Assembly (NCBI GenBank): GCA_049600155.1
Contig: JBMYPI010000001.1
Coordinates: forward strand, 1 to 44,111
Direction: 5' to 3'
DNA from: Rubricella sp.
GTDB lineage: Bacteria; Pseudomonadota; Alphaproteobacteria; Rhodobacterales; Rhodobacteraceae
Length of the DNA stretch: 44,111 bases
Below, in pieces: positions 31,812-41,428 of this stretch (within the stretch, counting starts at the first letter, position 1; each line of letters starts with the position of its first letter). The notes below the pieces were generated by a model. It did no database searches and was not told where the DNA came from. It saw nothing but the letters and a program-made list of their open reading frames with translations. Both the position numbers and the translations under genes were made by a program.

Positions 31812-32327
31812 TCAGGCATTGCCGGCCGGGGCCTGCTGCTGCTGGGCCTGCTGGCGGCGAAGGAGCTCGTTCCGGTAGAGCGAAAGGAAGTCGATATTGT
31901 CGACGTTCACGGGTGGGAAACCACCATCGCGGGTTACATCGGAGATGATCCGGCGAACATAGGGGAACAGCATCCGGGGGCATTCGATCATCATGAAGGG
32001 ATGGAGCTGGTTATCCGGCACGTTCTCGATCGAGAAGAGGCCCGCATAGTCGATCTCCATCAGGAAGACGGCCTGATCGTCCTGTTCGGCCTTGACCTCC
32101 ATCTTGATCATGACCTCGTGCAGATCCTCCTTCTTTCGGCCATCGACGTTGATGGAGACACGGATCTGGGGCTGTTTCGTCAACGAGAAACCCTTCTGGG
32201 AAGCGATGTTCTCGAACGACATGTCGCGGATATACTGCGCCCGGATCTGCATCTTGGGCAGAACGGGCTGTTGAGCGGCGGCCGCAGCGGGCGCCGCGCC
32301 ATTCTGTCCTTCGGTCTCATCGGCCAT
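31812..32327 (-). CDS. secB: Protein-export chaperone SecB
   Basis: QYIRDMSFEN, YAGLF, IECPRMLFPYVR, DGGFPP, IDFLSLY. Confidence 0.96.
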   Translation of the reverse strand: MADETEGQNGAAPAAAAAQQPVLPKMQIRAQYIRDMSFENIASQKGFSLTKQPQIRVSINVDGRKKEDLHEVMIKMEVKAEQDDQAVFLMEIDYAGLFSIENVPDNQLHPFMMIECPRMLFPYVRRIISDVTRDGGFPPVNVDNIDFLSLYRNELLRRQQAQQQQAPAGNA

Positions 32328-32391
32328 TTGACGTCTCCTGATTTCCTGATGTTCGCGGTCGCGTTTCCCTTATCAGGCGGGCCCGGCGCGC

Positions 32392-32889
32392 TCAACCGCG
32401 GCTGTCGTCGCCGCCGCGCGTCCAGCCGGACGGCGGACCGTCGGGATCGTTCGCGACGGTGTAGTCACCGTCGATGATATCCGGCCTCCCGGAGTCTCCG
32501 GGTTGGTCGAAACCCGAAACGTGGATGTCCGCCCGTGTGAGAATGCGCTTCGCCAGATAGGCGATGATCACCTGGCGTATCCCCGGCACCAGAAGCGCGA
32601 AACCGACAGCGTCGGTGAAGAAGCCGGGCGTCAGAAGAACGACACCCGCCACCAGGATGAGTGCGCCATGCGCGATCGGCCCTGTCGGGTCCTCCCCGGT
32701 GTCGAGACTTCGGCGAAGCTTCGCCAGTTCGCCACTTCCCTGCCGGCGCAGAAGGTAGGCGCCCAGAAGGGCCGTCAGCACGACCGTCGCGAGCGTCGGC
32801 AGCAGGCCGATCAGCCCGCCGACCTGGATGAACAGCGCGATTTCGAGCAACGGCACGGCGATCAGAGCGAGAACCAGCCACATATCCAT
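32392..32889 (-). CDS. fxsA: FxsA family membrane protein
   Basis: VPLLEIALFIQVG, LLTPGFFTDAVG, IIDGDY; AAAGGAG RBS. Confidence 0.92.
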   Translation of the reverse strand: MDMWLVLALIAVPLLEIALFIQVGGLIGLLPTLATVVLTALLGAYLLRRQGSGELAKLRRSLDTGEDPTGPIAHGALILVAGVVLLTPGFFTDAVGFALLVPGIRQVIIAYLAKRILTRADIHVSGFDQPGDSGRPDIIDGDYTVANDPDGPPSGWTRGGDDSRG

Positions 32890-32996
32890 TTCTCCTTTCG
32901 CGGGCCTTGCGATGGACTTGAACCCGCACCCCCTCTAGATAAGTAGGAACAGGCGGAGCGAAACCGCCCTGCGCCTGCCCTGGAAGGTTATTCGAT

Positions 32997-33671
32997 ATGG
33001 ATTCCCAGATGATCCAACTCATAGTGCTTGCCGGTGTTGCGATATTCCTCGTTCTGAGGCTGCGTTCGCTGCTTGGCACGCGCACGGGCTACGAAGGGAA
33101 TCCGGAGGATTACTCAATTCGCAACAGCCGTCGCGAAGAAGCCGAGGAGCGTGGTTTCGAGGTCATCGAGGGCGGCGGGGAGGATGAGGACATCGCAGCG
33201 CATGTCGATCCCGCCAGCGAGACGGGCCAGGCGCTCATCCAGATGAAACGGGTCGAACCCTCCTTCAACCTCACCGAGTTCCTCGGCGGTGCGCGATCAG
33301 CCTACGAGATGATCCTGATGGCCTACGAGAACGGCGATCTCGAAACGCTGGAACAGTTCCTCGCTCCGGATGTCTATTCCGGCTTCCGTCAGGCGGTCGA
33401 GGCGCGTGAGGAACAGGGGCTCTCCGTCGAGGCGAACTTCGTCGGCGTTCGCGAGGTCAAGCTGCGCGAGGCGAACTTCGACGATATCGACAATGTCGGC
33501 GATATCACGATCCGCTTCGTCGGCGAAATGACCTCCGTTGTCCGCGACAGCGATGGTAACGTCGTTGAAGGCGATCCCAACGAGATCAAGAAACAGGTCG
33601 ATGTCTGGACATTCTCGCGCGTCATGGGCTCGGAGAACCCGAACTGGCTTCTGGTCGGCACGGGCGGCTGA
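32997..33671 (+). CDS. Tim44/TimA family membrane adaptor protein
   Basis: N-terminal TM then LRSLLG.RTG, FL.GARSAYEMIL.AY, DVWTFSR..PNWLL; fxsA-timA-mltA-smr context. Confidence 0.9.
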   Translation: MDSQMIQLIVLAGVAIFLVLRLRSLLGTRTGYEGNPEDYSIRNSRREEAEERGFEVIEGGGEDEDIAAHVDPASETGQALIQMKRVEPSFNLTEFLGGARSAYEMILMAYENGDLETLEQFLAPDVYSGFRQAVEAREEQGLSVEANFVGVREVKLREANFDDIDNVGDITIRFVGEMTSVVRDSDGNVVEGDPNEIKKQVDVWTFSRVMGSENPNWLLVGTGG

Positions 33672-33708
33672 TGCCGGCCTCTTTCTCGCCGCTCTCGCAC
33701 TCGGCCTG

Positions 33709-34716
33709 ATGGCCGGGGGCATGGCGAGCGCCGAGGCGTCTCACACGCAACTATCCTTCGACGATCTTCCCGCATGGTCTGCCGACAGCCACGAGGCTGC
33801 GCGGGAAACCTTTCTTCGATCCTGCGGTTCGGCACCGGAGTCGCCACTTGTCGAGGCGGACGAATGGCGCACGCTCTGCGATGCCGGTCGGTCGGCAACC
33901 GATGCGCGCGCCTTTTTCGAGGAGCATTTCGTCCCGGTCCTGATCGAGGATGGCAACCCACCCCTCGTCACCGGCTATTACGAGCCCGAACTCGCCGCCA
34001 GCCGCACGCGGCAGGGGCGTTTCGACGAGCCGATCTATCGCCTACCGCCGGAACGGCGTGGCGTTCGAGGCGCATGGCTGACCAGGGCGGAGATCGAGGG
34101 GGGCGCGCTTGCGGGCCGTGGTCTAGAACTGGCCTGGCTGGAGGACCCGGTGGATGTCTTCTTCCTGCAGGTGCAGGGCTCGGGCCGGTTGCGGATGGAG
34201 GACGGAAGTGTCCTGCGCATCGGCTATGGCGGCAGGAACGGCCATCCCTATCGCTCCGTCGGGCGCCACATGGTCGAACTCGGCCTTTTCGCGGAACACC
34301 AGGCGAGTGCCTCCAACATTCGCCGTTGGGTCGCGGGAAACGGGGATGATGGTCGCCGCATACTGCACCACAATCCTTCCTTCATCTTTTTCCGGGTGGT
34401 CGAAGACCTGCCCGAGGAGGCGGGGCCCGTCGGTGCGCTCGGCGTTCCGGTCACCGCGATGCGATCCATCGCGGTGGATCCTGATTACACGCCCCTCGGC
34501 GCGCCTGTCTGGCTGGAGACGGAAACGGCGCTGGGCCCCTTCGCCGCGCTCGTCGTCGCCCAGGATGTCGGCGCGGCCATTCGTGGCGCACAGCGGGCCG
34601 ATCTGTTCTTCGGGTCGGGCAGGGAGGCGGGGGAGATCGCCGGTGTGATGCGCACACCCGGGCGGCTCGTGACCCTTCTTCCCCGCGCCGCTGCTGCACG
34701 CCTCACAGGGGAATGA
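33709..34716 (+). CDS. mltA: Membrane-bound lytic murein transglycosylase A (start uncertain)
   Basis: VTGYYEP, FFLQVQGSGR, NGHPYRSVG, NPSFIFF, SIAVD, AQDVGAAIRGAQRADLFFG. Confidence 0.92.
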   Translation: MAGGMASAEASHTQLSFDDLPAWSADSHEAARETFLRSCGSAPESPLVEADEWRTLCDAGRSATDARAFFEEHFVPVLIEDGNPPLVTGYYEPELAASRTRQGRFDEPIYRLPPERRGVRGAWLTRAEIEGGALAGRGLELAWLEDPVDVFFLQVQGSGRLRMEDGSVLRIGYGGRNGHPYRSVGRHMVELGLFAEHQASASNIRRWVAGNGDDGRRILHHNPSFIFFRVVEDLPEEAGPVGALGVPVTAMRSIAVDPDYTPLGAPVWLETETALGPFAALVVAQDVGAAIRGAQRADLFFGSGREAGEIAGVMRTPGRLVTLLPRAAAARLTGE

Positions 34717-35324
34717 TCGTGGCCCGGCGTAGAAAGGGCCGGACCCTCACCGATGCCGAGCGGGAGTTGTGGTCCCAGGTTGCACGAACCGCCTTGCGAA
34801 CGCAGCCCGAACCGGCTGAGGCAAGAGGTGACACCGGCCCATCCGAGAAGCCTCTCCCGGCTCCGAAACCTCCGCAAACCACTCCGCCGCGTATCGTTCG
34901 GCCCTCCCCACCCGGCAGCGGTGCCGGCACGAGCTTCAGCCTCGCCCCGGATCCCTCGACGGAGACCGCACCGGCCAGCCCGCAGATGGACAAGCGCCTT
35001 TTCGACAAGATGCGCCGGGGGCGGCTGAAACCGGATGCCCGGATCGATCTGCACGGCATGACGGCCGAACGCGCGCACGGTGCGCTGAACGGGTTCATCC
35101 TGCGGGCCCATGCAGAAGGCCTGAGGCTTGTTCTCGTCATTACGGGGAAGGGTCGGACCGGAGTGCACGATCATGTGCCGGAACGGCGCGGTGTCCTGCG
35201 ACACGCGGTTCCGCAATGGCTGAAGCAGGCACCCCTTGGGCCGTTTGTCCTCCAGATAACCCCCGCCCACCGAAGCCATGGGGGCGCCGGCGCCTACTAC
35301 GTCTATCTCAGGCGGAAGCGCTGA
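34713..35324 (+). CDS. Smr/MutS2-domain protein
   Basis: IDLHGMT, LVITGKG, GVLR..VP.WL, HGGAGAYYVYLR. Confidence 0.92.
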   Translation: MIVARRRKGRTLTDAERELWSQVARTALRTQPEPAEARGDTGPSEKPLPAPKPPQTTPPRIVRPSPPGSGAGTSFSLAPDPSTETAPASPQMDKRLFDKMRRGRLKPDARIDLHGMTAERAHGALNGFILRAHAEGLRLVLVITGKGRTGVHDHVPERRGVLRHAVPQWLKQAPLGPFVLQITPAHRSHGGAGAYYVYLRRKR

Positions 35325-35327
35325 CGG

Positions 35328-35379
35328 GCTTCATGGTTCCGAAAACACTTCGGGGGTGGATGGGGGCAGCACCCCCGTC
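35328..35379. repeat. G/C-run palindromic element between convergent smr and hslU
   Basis: CGGGGGTG-GA-TGGGGG-CAG-CACCCCCG: one C-run can pair with either of two G-runs; touches the hslU stop. Confidence 0.45.
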
Positions 35380-36679
35380 AGAGGACATAGCGGCTCACAT
35401 CCACCGAACGGGCCAGATCGCCGAGCCGTTCCTCGACATAGACCGCATCCACCGTCACCGCGCTTCCACCCTTGTCAGGAGCGGAGAAGCTCAGTTCCTC
35501 GAATACCTTCTCCATGACGGTGTAGAGCCGCCGCGCGCCGATATTCTCCACGCTCGCGTTCACGTCCGCCGCGATCCGGGCAAGGGCGGCGATCCCGTCG
35601 TCGGTGAAGCTGACATCCACGCCCTCGGTGCCGAGAAGTGCGGTGTATTGACGGGTCAGCGCGTTGTCCGTCTCCGTCAGGATCCGCACGAAATCCCCCT
35701 CTGTCAGCGCATCCAGCTCGACGCGGATCGGCAGGCGCCCCTGCAGTTCTGGCAGGAGGTCGGAAGGCTTGGCGACGTGGAACGCGCCCGACGCGATGAA
35801 GAGGATATGATCCGTCTTGACCGGGCCATGCTTGGTTGACACCGTCGTGCCCTCGATCAGGGGCAGAAGGTCGCGCTGCACGCCTTCGCGGCTGACGTCG
35901 CCGCCACGGCTGTCGGGCTTGGCGAGCTTGTCGATCTCGTCGAGAAAGACGATACCCGCGTTTTCCACGGCGGCCAGCGCGTCCTTGTTGACGGTTTCCT
36001 GGTCGACGAGCTTGTCGGCTTCTTCCTGAAGCAGGATCTCGTAGCTTTCGGAAACGGTCATCTTCCGGCGCACCGTTCGCCCGGAGAAGGCCTTTCCGAA
36101 GATGTCGCCGAGATTGACCATGCCCATGTTGCCCTGCATCCCCGGCAGATCGAGCATCGGCATCGGGTTCGCGGTATCGGCGACGTCGAGCTCGATGATC
36201 GTGCCGTCGAGCTCGCCCGCGCGCAGCCGCTTGCGGAACATGTCGCGCGTCTGGTCACGGGCGCCCTGACCGGCCAGTGCCTCGATTACGCGTTCCTCGG
36301 CGGCCTCATGCGCGGCGGCCTTCACATCCTCGCGCTTGTGCTCGCGCACCATGACGATGGCCGCGTCGACGAGATCGCGGATGATCTGTTCGACGTCCCG
36401 GCCGACATAGCCGACTTCGGTGAATTTCGTCGCTTCGACCTTGATGAAGGGCGCGCGCGCGAGCTTGGCGAGGCGGCGGGAGATCTCCGTCTTGCCGACG
36501 CCCGTCGGCCCGATCATCAGGATATTCTTGGGGTAGACCTCTTCCTGCATCGCGGCATCGAGCCGCTGGCGCCGCCAGCGGTTGCGCAGCGCGACGGCAA
36601 CTGCGCGTTTGGCCTTGCCTTGTCCGATGATGAACCGGTCGAGTTCGGAAACGATTTCGCGGGGGGTGAGGTCGGTCAT
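35378..36679 (-). CDS. hslU: ATP-dependent protease ATPase subunit HslU
   Basis: [24 protein letters not shown] pore loop, [15 protein letters not shown]. Confidence 0.98.
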   Translation of the reverse strand: MTDLTPREIVSELDRFIIGQGKAKRAVAVALRNRWRRQRLDAAMQEEVYPKNILMIGPTGVGKTEISRRLAKLARAPFIKVEATKFTEVGYVGRDVEQIIRDLVDAAIVMVREHKREDVKAAAHEAAEERVIEALAGQGARDQTRDMFRKRLRAGELDGTIIELDVADTANPMPMLDLPGMQGNMGMVNLGDIFGKAFSGRTVRRKMTVSESYEILLQEEADKLVDQETVNKDALAAVENAGIVFLDEIDKLAKPDSRGGDVSREGVQRDLLPLIEGTTVSTKHGPVKTDHILFIASGAFHVAKPSDLLPELQGRLPIRVELDALTEGDFVRILTETDNALTRQYTALLGTEGVDVSFTDDGIAALARIAADVNASVENIGARRLYTVMEKVFEELSFSAPDKGGSAVTVDAVYVEERLGDLARSVDVSRYVL

Positions 36680-36731
36680 GGAGTTTGAATTCCTCCGGCG
36701 GAAGTATCAGGGGAACCGTGAAAGGCGGGAG

Positions 36732-37292
36732 TCAGCCGCCGATCGTCTCGATGGTCATGTTGCCATTGGTGTAGACGCAGATCTCGGCCGCGATCTCCAG
36801 TGCCCGGCGGGCGATCGTTTCGGCATCGGCATCGGTGTCGTAGAGCGCACGGGCGGCGGCGAGCGCGTAGTTCCCGCCCGATCCCACGGCGGCGATCTGG
36901 TGTTCGGGTTCGAGCACGTCACCCGCACCCGTGACGATGAAGAGGTCGCGACCGTCCGTGACGATCAGCATCGCTTCGAGATTGCGGAGATACTTGTCCG
37001 TTCGCCAGTCCTTCGCGAGATCGACGCAGGCTTTCGCAAGCTGGCCGGGTGTCGCCTCCAGCTTGGCCTCAAGCCGTTCCAGAAGAGTGAACGCGTCTGC
37101 AGTGGACCCCGCAAAACCGCACACAACATCCTGCCCGCCGGGAGACAGACGGCGGACTTTCCGCGCGGAGCCCTTGATCACGGTCTGGCCCAGGGAAACC
37201 TGGCCGTCTCCGGCGACCGTGACCGCGCCGTCCTTTCGTACGGCAACGATCGTCGTGCCGTGCCAGCCGGGAAATTTATCCGTTTCGCTCAT
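36732..37292 (-). CDS. hslV: ATP-dependent protease peptidase subunit HslV
   Basis: [46 protein letters not shown]. Confidence 0.98.
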   Translation of the reverse strand: MSETDKFPGWHGTTIVAVRKDGAVTVAGDGQVSLGQTVIKGSARKVRRLSPGGQDVVCGFAGSTADAFTLLERLEAKLEATPGQLAKACVDLAKDWRTDKYLRNLEAMLIVTDGRDLFIVTGAGDVLEPEHQIAAVGSGGNYALAAARALYDTDADAETIARRALEIAAEICVYTNGNMTIETIGG

Positions 37293-37318
37293 GTAGTATC
37301 CTGTCTCGTTCCGGGCGG

Positions 37319-37346
37319 ATATGGGGATGATCCCACGTTCATGCAA
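37319..37346 (-). promoter_or_regulatory. RpoH-type promoter of hslVU
   Basis: Minus strand TTG-N18-CCCATAT; the -35 lies in the last codons of the rhomboid gene. Confidence 0.75.
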
Positions 37347-37995
37347 ACCGCGTCGTCCTGCGGATCAACGGGGCGAACAGCCAGCCCGTCGCGAAACCGC
37401 CGGCATGGGCCTGCCACGCGAGTGCGGGAAACGCGAGTGACAGGGCGACGTTGATCGCGAGAAACCAGAAGAGAAACCGCCAGGCCGGCCGTGTCGATGC
37501 GCCCATCCGCCTGAGGACGGCGATCTCCCAACGCTTCCACGCAGCGACAAAACCGAAAACCGCGCCCGATGCGCCCACCATCGGGATGAGCTCCGGCCCC
37601 GCGAGCGCGCCGTAGGCCCCCGCGCCGCCGATCGCGCACAGGAAGAAGAACAGCACGGCACGGATCTGCCCGGCGCCCATCACGACAATCCGGCCAAGGC
37701 TCAGAAGAACCGTCACGTTCAGGGCCAGATGGCCGAGCCCACCGTGCAGGAAGGCATGGGTCACGAACATCGTCACCGGCTGGATCGCGTAGACCGGTTC
37801 GATACCGCGGAGCACCGGCGCCCAGAACCCCCCCAGGAGATAGGCCGTGTTCCGATCCAGCGGTGACAGGCCATATGGCGAGAGGGACAGCATCGCCTCG
37901 ATCACGACCATGATCGAGGCCAGGGCCCAGATGGCCGGCATGGCGACAGTGGGCGGCCGCGGCGGTGCGTTTTCGGGGGTCGGGTCATCGGTCAT
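37339..37995 (-). CDS. Rhomboid family intramembrane serine protease
   Basis: HAFLHGG..HLALN, catalytic [16 protein letters not shown]; multiple TM helices. Confidence 0.92.
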   Translation of the reverse strand: MTDDPTPENAPPRPPTVAMPAIWALASIMVVIEAMLSLSPYGLSPLDRNTAYLLGGFWAPVLRGIEPVYAIQPVTMFVTHAFLHGGLGHLALNVTVLLSLGRIVVMGAGQIRAVLFFFLCAIGGAGAYGALAGPELIPMVGASGAVFGFVAAWKRWEIAVLRRMGASTRPAWRFLFWFLAINVALSLAFPALAWQAHAGGFATGWLFAPLIRRTTRFA

Positions 37996-38026
37996 TGCTG
38001 GACCATAGGCGGATGCACGCGCGGCG

Positions 38027-39595
38027 TCACCCCGGCCCCGGCAGGTGCGGGGCAGCCGAGAGGAGGGCCTTCGTATAGGGGTGACGTGGCGCGTCGAAAA
38101 GGCGCCCGGTCTCCTCCATCTCGACGATCCGCCCATTTCTCATGACTGCTACCCTGTCGCAGATCGAGCGCACGACAGACAGATCGTGCGTGATGAACAG
38201 GTAGCTGAGGCCATGCCGGGCCTGGAGATCGGCCAGAAGATCGAGGATGGTCGCGCGGATCGAGACATCCAGCGCACTCACGGCTTCGTCCAGCACGATC
38301 ACTTCGGGGCGCGTGATGAGTGCCCGCGCGATGGCGATGCGTTGCCGCTGACCGCCGGAGAACGCGTGGATATGCCGGTCCGCCGCGTCGGGCGGCAGCC
38401 CCACTTCGGTGAGCGCCTGTTCCACCCGGGCCCGGCGGGCCTGCTTGTCGAGCGGCTTTCGGTAGAGGTGGAACGGTTCTGACAGGAGCCGCGCGACCCG
38501 ATGGCGGGGATTGAAGCTGCCATAGGGATCCTGGAAAACGGCGCCCATCCGGCGGCGCAACTCCGGCGCCATTCCCGGCGATACGGGCTGTTTATCGAGC
38601 GTGATGCGCCCGGCCTCGACGCGATCCAGCCCGAGGATGGCGCGGGCCAGCGTGGATTTGCCCGATCCGCTCTCCCCCACGAGGCCCAGGCTCTCGCCCC
38701 GGTGCAGGGTGAAGGAAACGTCGTCCACCGCGACATGATCCAGCTGCCGGAAAGCGAGCGCGCCCGCCCGCCTTTGGTAGGTGCGCCGGACATCGCGCGC
38801 CTCCAGGAAGGGTTCCCCCAGCTTCCCCGCTGCACGATCCGGGGTGTAGATGGAGGCCTCGAAGAGTCGCCTGGTATAGGGATCTTTCGGGTCGGCGAAG
38901 AGCGTCCTTGTGTCGTTTTCTTCGACGATACGCCCGTTCTGCATGACGGCGACGCGGTCGGCCACCGCATGGACGACCCCGAGGTCGTGGGTGATGAGGA
39001 TCAGGGCGGAGCCATCCTCCCGCACGAGTGTCCCCAGCAGATCGAGGATCACGGCCTGCGTCGTCACGTCGAGCGCCGTTGTCGGTTCGTCGGCGATGAC
39101 GAGTGCCGGCCTCAGGATGACCGCCATCGCGATCACGACCCTCTGGCGCTGACCCCCGGAGAGCTGATGGGGGTAGAGCCCCGGCGGAAACCTGTCCGGC
39201 GGCAGGCCGACGCGCTCCAGCGTCGCAAGGGCGAGGCGGCGCGCACCGGGCACGCCATGGATCCGCGCCACCTCCGCAACCTGATCGCCGATCGTCTGGA
39301 GCGGGTTCAGCGCGGTCATCGGTTCCTGGAAGACCATTGCGATATCGCGGCCGCGCAGTGATCGCATACGACGTTCGGGCAGGTTGAGGATCTCGGTTTC
39401 GTTCAGCCGTGCGCTGCCCGTGGCGATCCCTCCGCGGGGAAGAAGACCCATGAGGGAAAGCGCGGTCAGCGATTTGCCCGATCCGCTCTCGCCCACGAGG
39501 CCGAGGATCTCTCCGCGCGCCACGTCGAGCGAGACATCGGACAGGATGGGCTGATTTCCGATCCGGAGCGAAAGATTCCTTACGGTGAGGGTCAT
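38027..39595 (-). CDS. Peptide/nickel ABC transporter ATP-binding protein, fused double NBD
   Basis: Two GESGSGKS Walker A motifs; LSGGQRQR/FSGGQRQR; ADEPTTALD/LDEAVSALD. Confidence 0.93.
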   Translation of the reverse strand: MTLTVRNLSLRIGNQPILSDVSLDVARGEILGLVGESGSGKSLTALSLMGLLPRGGIATGSARLNETEILNLPERRMRSLRGRDIAMVFQEPMTALNPLQTIGDQVAEVARIHGVPGARRLALATLERVGLPPDRFPPGLYPHQLSGGQRQRVVIAMAVILRPALVIADEPTTALDVTTQAVILDLLGTLVREDGSALILITHDLGVVHAVADRVAVMQNGRIVEENDTRTLFADPKDPYTRRLFEASIYTPDRAAGKLGEPFLEARDVRRTYQRRAGALAFRQLDHVAVDDVSFTLHRGESLGLVGESGSGKSTLARAILGLDRVEAGRITLDKQPVSPGMAPELRRRMGAVFQDPYGSFNPRHRVARLLSEPFHLYRKPLDKQARRARVEQALTEVGLPPDAADRHIHAFSGGQRQRIAIARALITRPEVIVLDEAVSALDVSIRATILDLLADLQARHGLSYLFITHDLSVVRSICDRVAVMRNGRIVEMEETGRLFDAPRHPYTKALLSAAPHLPGPG

Positions 39596-40401
39596 CCGCG
39601 AACCCGCCGGGGATCGAACCAGTCCCGCAAACCGTCACCGAGCAGATTCAGCCCCAGCACTGTGAGCACGATGGCGAGGCCGGGGAACAGGGCCATGTGC
39701 GGCGCGATCCCCATCATCGTCTGCACATCGACCAGCATGCGCCCCCAACTCGGCGTCGGGGGTTGCGCGCCGATGCCGACATAGGACAGCGCGGCCTCGA
39801 CGAGGATGCCGACCGAGAACTGAATCGTCCCCTGCACGATCAGGAGCGCCCCGAGATTGGGCAGGATGTGTTCCAGGCTGATGCGGGCGCGGCTCTTCGC
39901 GGCGAGGCGCGCGGCCATGATGAACTCCCGCCGCCAGAGGCTCAGCGCAGCGCCCCTCGTCACACGGGCGAAGACGGGAATGTTGAAGATGCCTATGGCG
40001 ACGATGGCGTTCATCAGGCCCGGACCGGCGAGCGCCGCGATCATGATGGCGATCAGGAGAGACGGAAAAGCGAAAACGAGGTCGTTCGTCCGCATGATCG
40101 CCTCGTCGATGAACCCGCCTTCCCGTGCTGCGGCCCAGAGCCCCAGGGGAACACCGATCCCCATTCCGATCCCGACGGCCGCGAAGGCCACTGCAAGCGA
40201 CGTTCGCGCGCCGACCATGATCATGCTCAGGATATCGCGGCCGAGGTGATCGGTTCCCAGGAGATGGGTGGCGTTCGGCGTCGTGAAGCGGGAGCCGATG
40301 CTGAATGCCTCGGGATCGTGCGGTGTCCAGACGAGGCCCAGCAGGGCGATCGCCAGGAAGGCCGCTGTCAGCCCGGATCCGATCAGGAGGTTCGCCCTCA
40401 T
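39592..40401 (-). CDS. Peptide ABC transporter permease (DppC/OppC-like)
   Basis: HLLGTDHLGRD, FI.AARL, HILPN, EAALSY.G, PSWGRML; ATGA overlaps at both ends. Confidence 0.92.
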   Translation of the reverse strand: MRANLLIGSGLTAAFLAIALLGLVWTPHDPEAFSIGSRFTTPNATHLLGTDHLGRDILSMIMVGARTSLAVAFAAVGIGMGIGVPLGLWAAAREGGFIDEAIMRTNDLVFAFPSLLIAIMIAALAGPGLMNAIVAIGIFNIPVFARVTRGAALSLWRREFIMAARLAAKSRARISLEHILPNLGALLIVQGTIQFSVGILVEAALSYVGIGAQPPTPSWGRMLVDVQTMMGIAPHMALFPGLAIVLTVLGLNLLGDGLRDWFDPRRVRG

Positions 40402-41336
40402 CTGCGAAGCCTCGGGTCGATGACCGCATAGGCGATATCGACCAGGAAGGTGATGACGATCAGGGCGAAGACCAGGATCATAACCGTCGATTGAACGACG
40501 ATGAGATCGCGCTGCGTGATACCCTGAAGGATCAGCCGACCGAGCCCCGGCAGAACGAAGACCTGTTCGATGATGATCGCACCGGCTAGCAGGAAGCTCA
40601 CCTGAAGCCCGATGATCGTGAGAACGGGGATCAATGCGTTGCGCAACGCATGCCTCCACAGTGTTCCCGCCTGGCTGACTCCCTTTGCGCGGGCGGTCCG
40701 GATGTAATCCTCGTCGAGCGTCTCGATCAGGCTGGTGCGCAGCACGCGGGCAAGGATCGCCGCCTGCGGAAGCGCCAGCGCGAGTGCGGGCAGGGTCAGG
40801 GCCCGGAACGCGGCAACGGGATCGGACCAGCCCGGAAAACCGCCCGCGCCGAACCAGCCCAGCGAGATCGCGAAGAGGAACACGAGCATCATCGCGAACC
40901 AGAAATTGGGAATGGCGATGCCGAGCTGGGTCGCGCCGATGATGCCCCAGTCCAGAGGTCCGCCTCTGGCGGCTGCGGCGCCGATGCCGGCCGAGAACCC
41001 CACGAAGATCGCAAGGACGAGCGCATAGGCCGTGAGCGGCAGCGAAACGGCGATCCTGTCGGCGATCAGTTCCGAGACCGGAACGCGATATGTCAGCGAC
41101 ATCCCGAAATCCCCGCGCGCCATCCCCGAGACCCAGTCGAGATACCGCGCGAGAACCGGCTCATCGAGACCCAGTTCCGCCCGAAGCGCCGCGAGCGTGT
41201 CGGGTCGCGCATTGATCCCGAGCATCAGGGCCGCCGGATCGCCGGGAACGATTTCCATCACCGTGAAAACGATGATGGATGCCACGATCAGCGTGACGAA
41301 CAGGGAAAGGAACCGGATGCCGAGGTAGCGAAGCAT
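40398..41336 (-). CDS. Peptide ABC transporter permease (DppB/OppB-like)
   Basis: PGDPA, GDFG.S, DYIRTARAKG, HALRNALIP, PGLGRL, DIAYAVIDPR. Confidence 0.93.
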   Translation of the reverse strand: MLRYLGIRFLSLFVTLIVASIIVFTVMEIVPGDPAALMLGINARPDTLAALRAELGLDEPVLARYLDWVSGMARGDFGMSLTYRVPVSELIADRIAVSLPLTAYALVLAIFVGFSAGIGAAAARGGPLDWGIIGATQLGIAIPNFWFAMMLVFLFAISLGWFGAGGFPGWSDPVAAFRALTLPALALALPQAAILARVLRTSLIETLDEDYIRTARAKGVSQAGTLWRHALRNALIPVLTIIGLQVSFLLAGAIIIEQVFVLPGLGRLILQGITQRDLIVVQSTVMILVFALIVITFLVDIAYAVIDPRLRR

Positions 41337-41342
41337 GGCGCG

Positions 41343-41371
41343 AGGCTATGGTCGCGCCCGACGCCATGCAA
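41343..41371 (-). promoter_or_regulatory. Putative internal sigma-70 promoter giving a leaderless permease mRNA
   Basis: Minus strand TTGCAT-N17-TAGCCT-N6-ATG, with no Shine-Dalgarno. Confidence 0.55.
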
Positions 41372-41428
41372 TCTCTCGACCGTCCGGTCGGGGAACTATT
41401 CGGGCTCGCCCCGGAAGACGGGCTGTGT

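Noticed and set aside
32913-32965. Divergent RpoH-like promoters for timA and fxsA (CTAGAT / CTTATCT)
   Set aside because: The -35 match and spacing are imperfect (CTTG is only 14 nt from CTAGAT); too weak to call.
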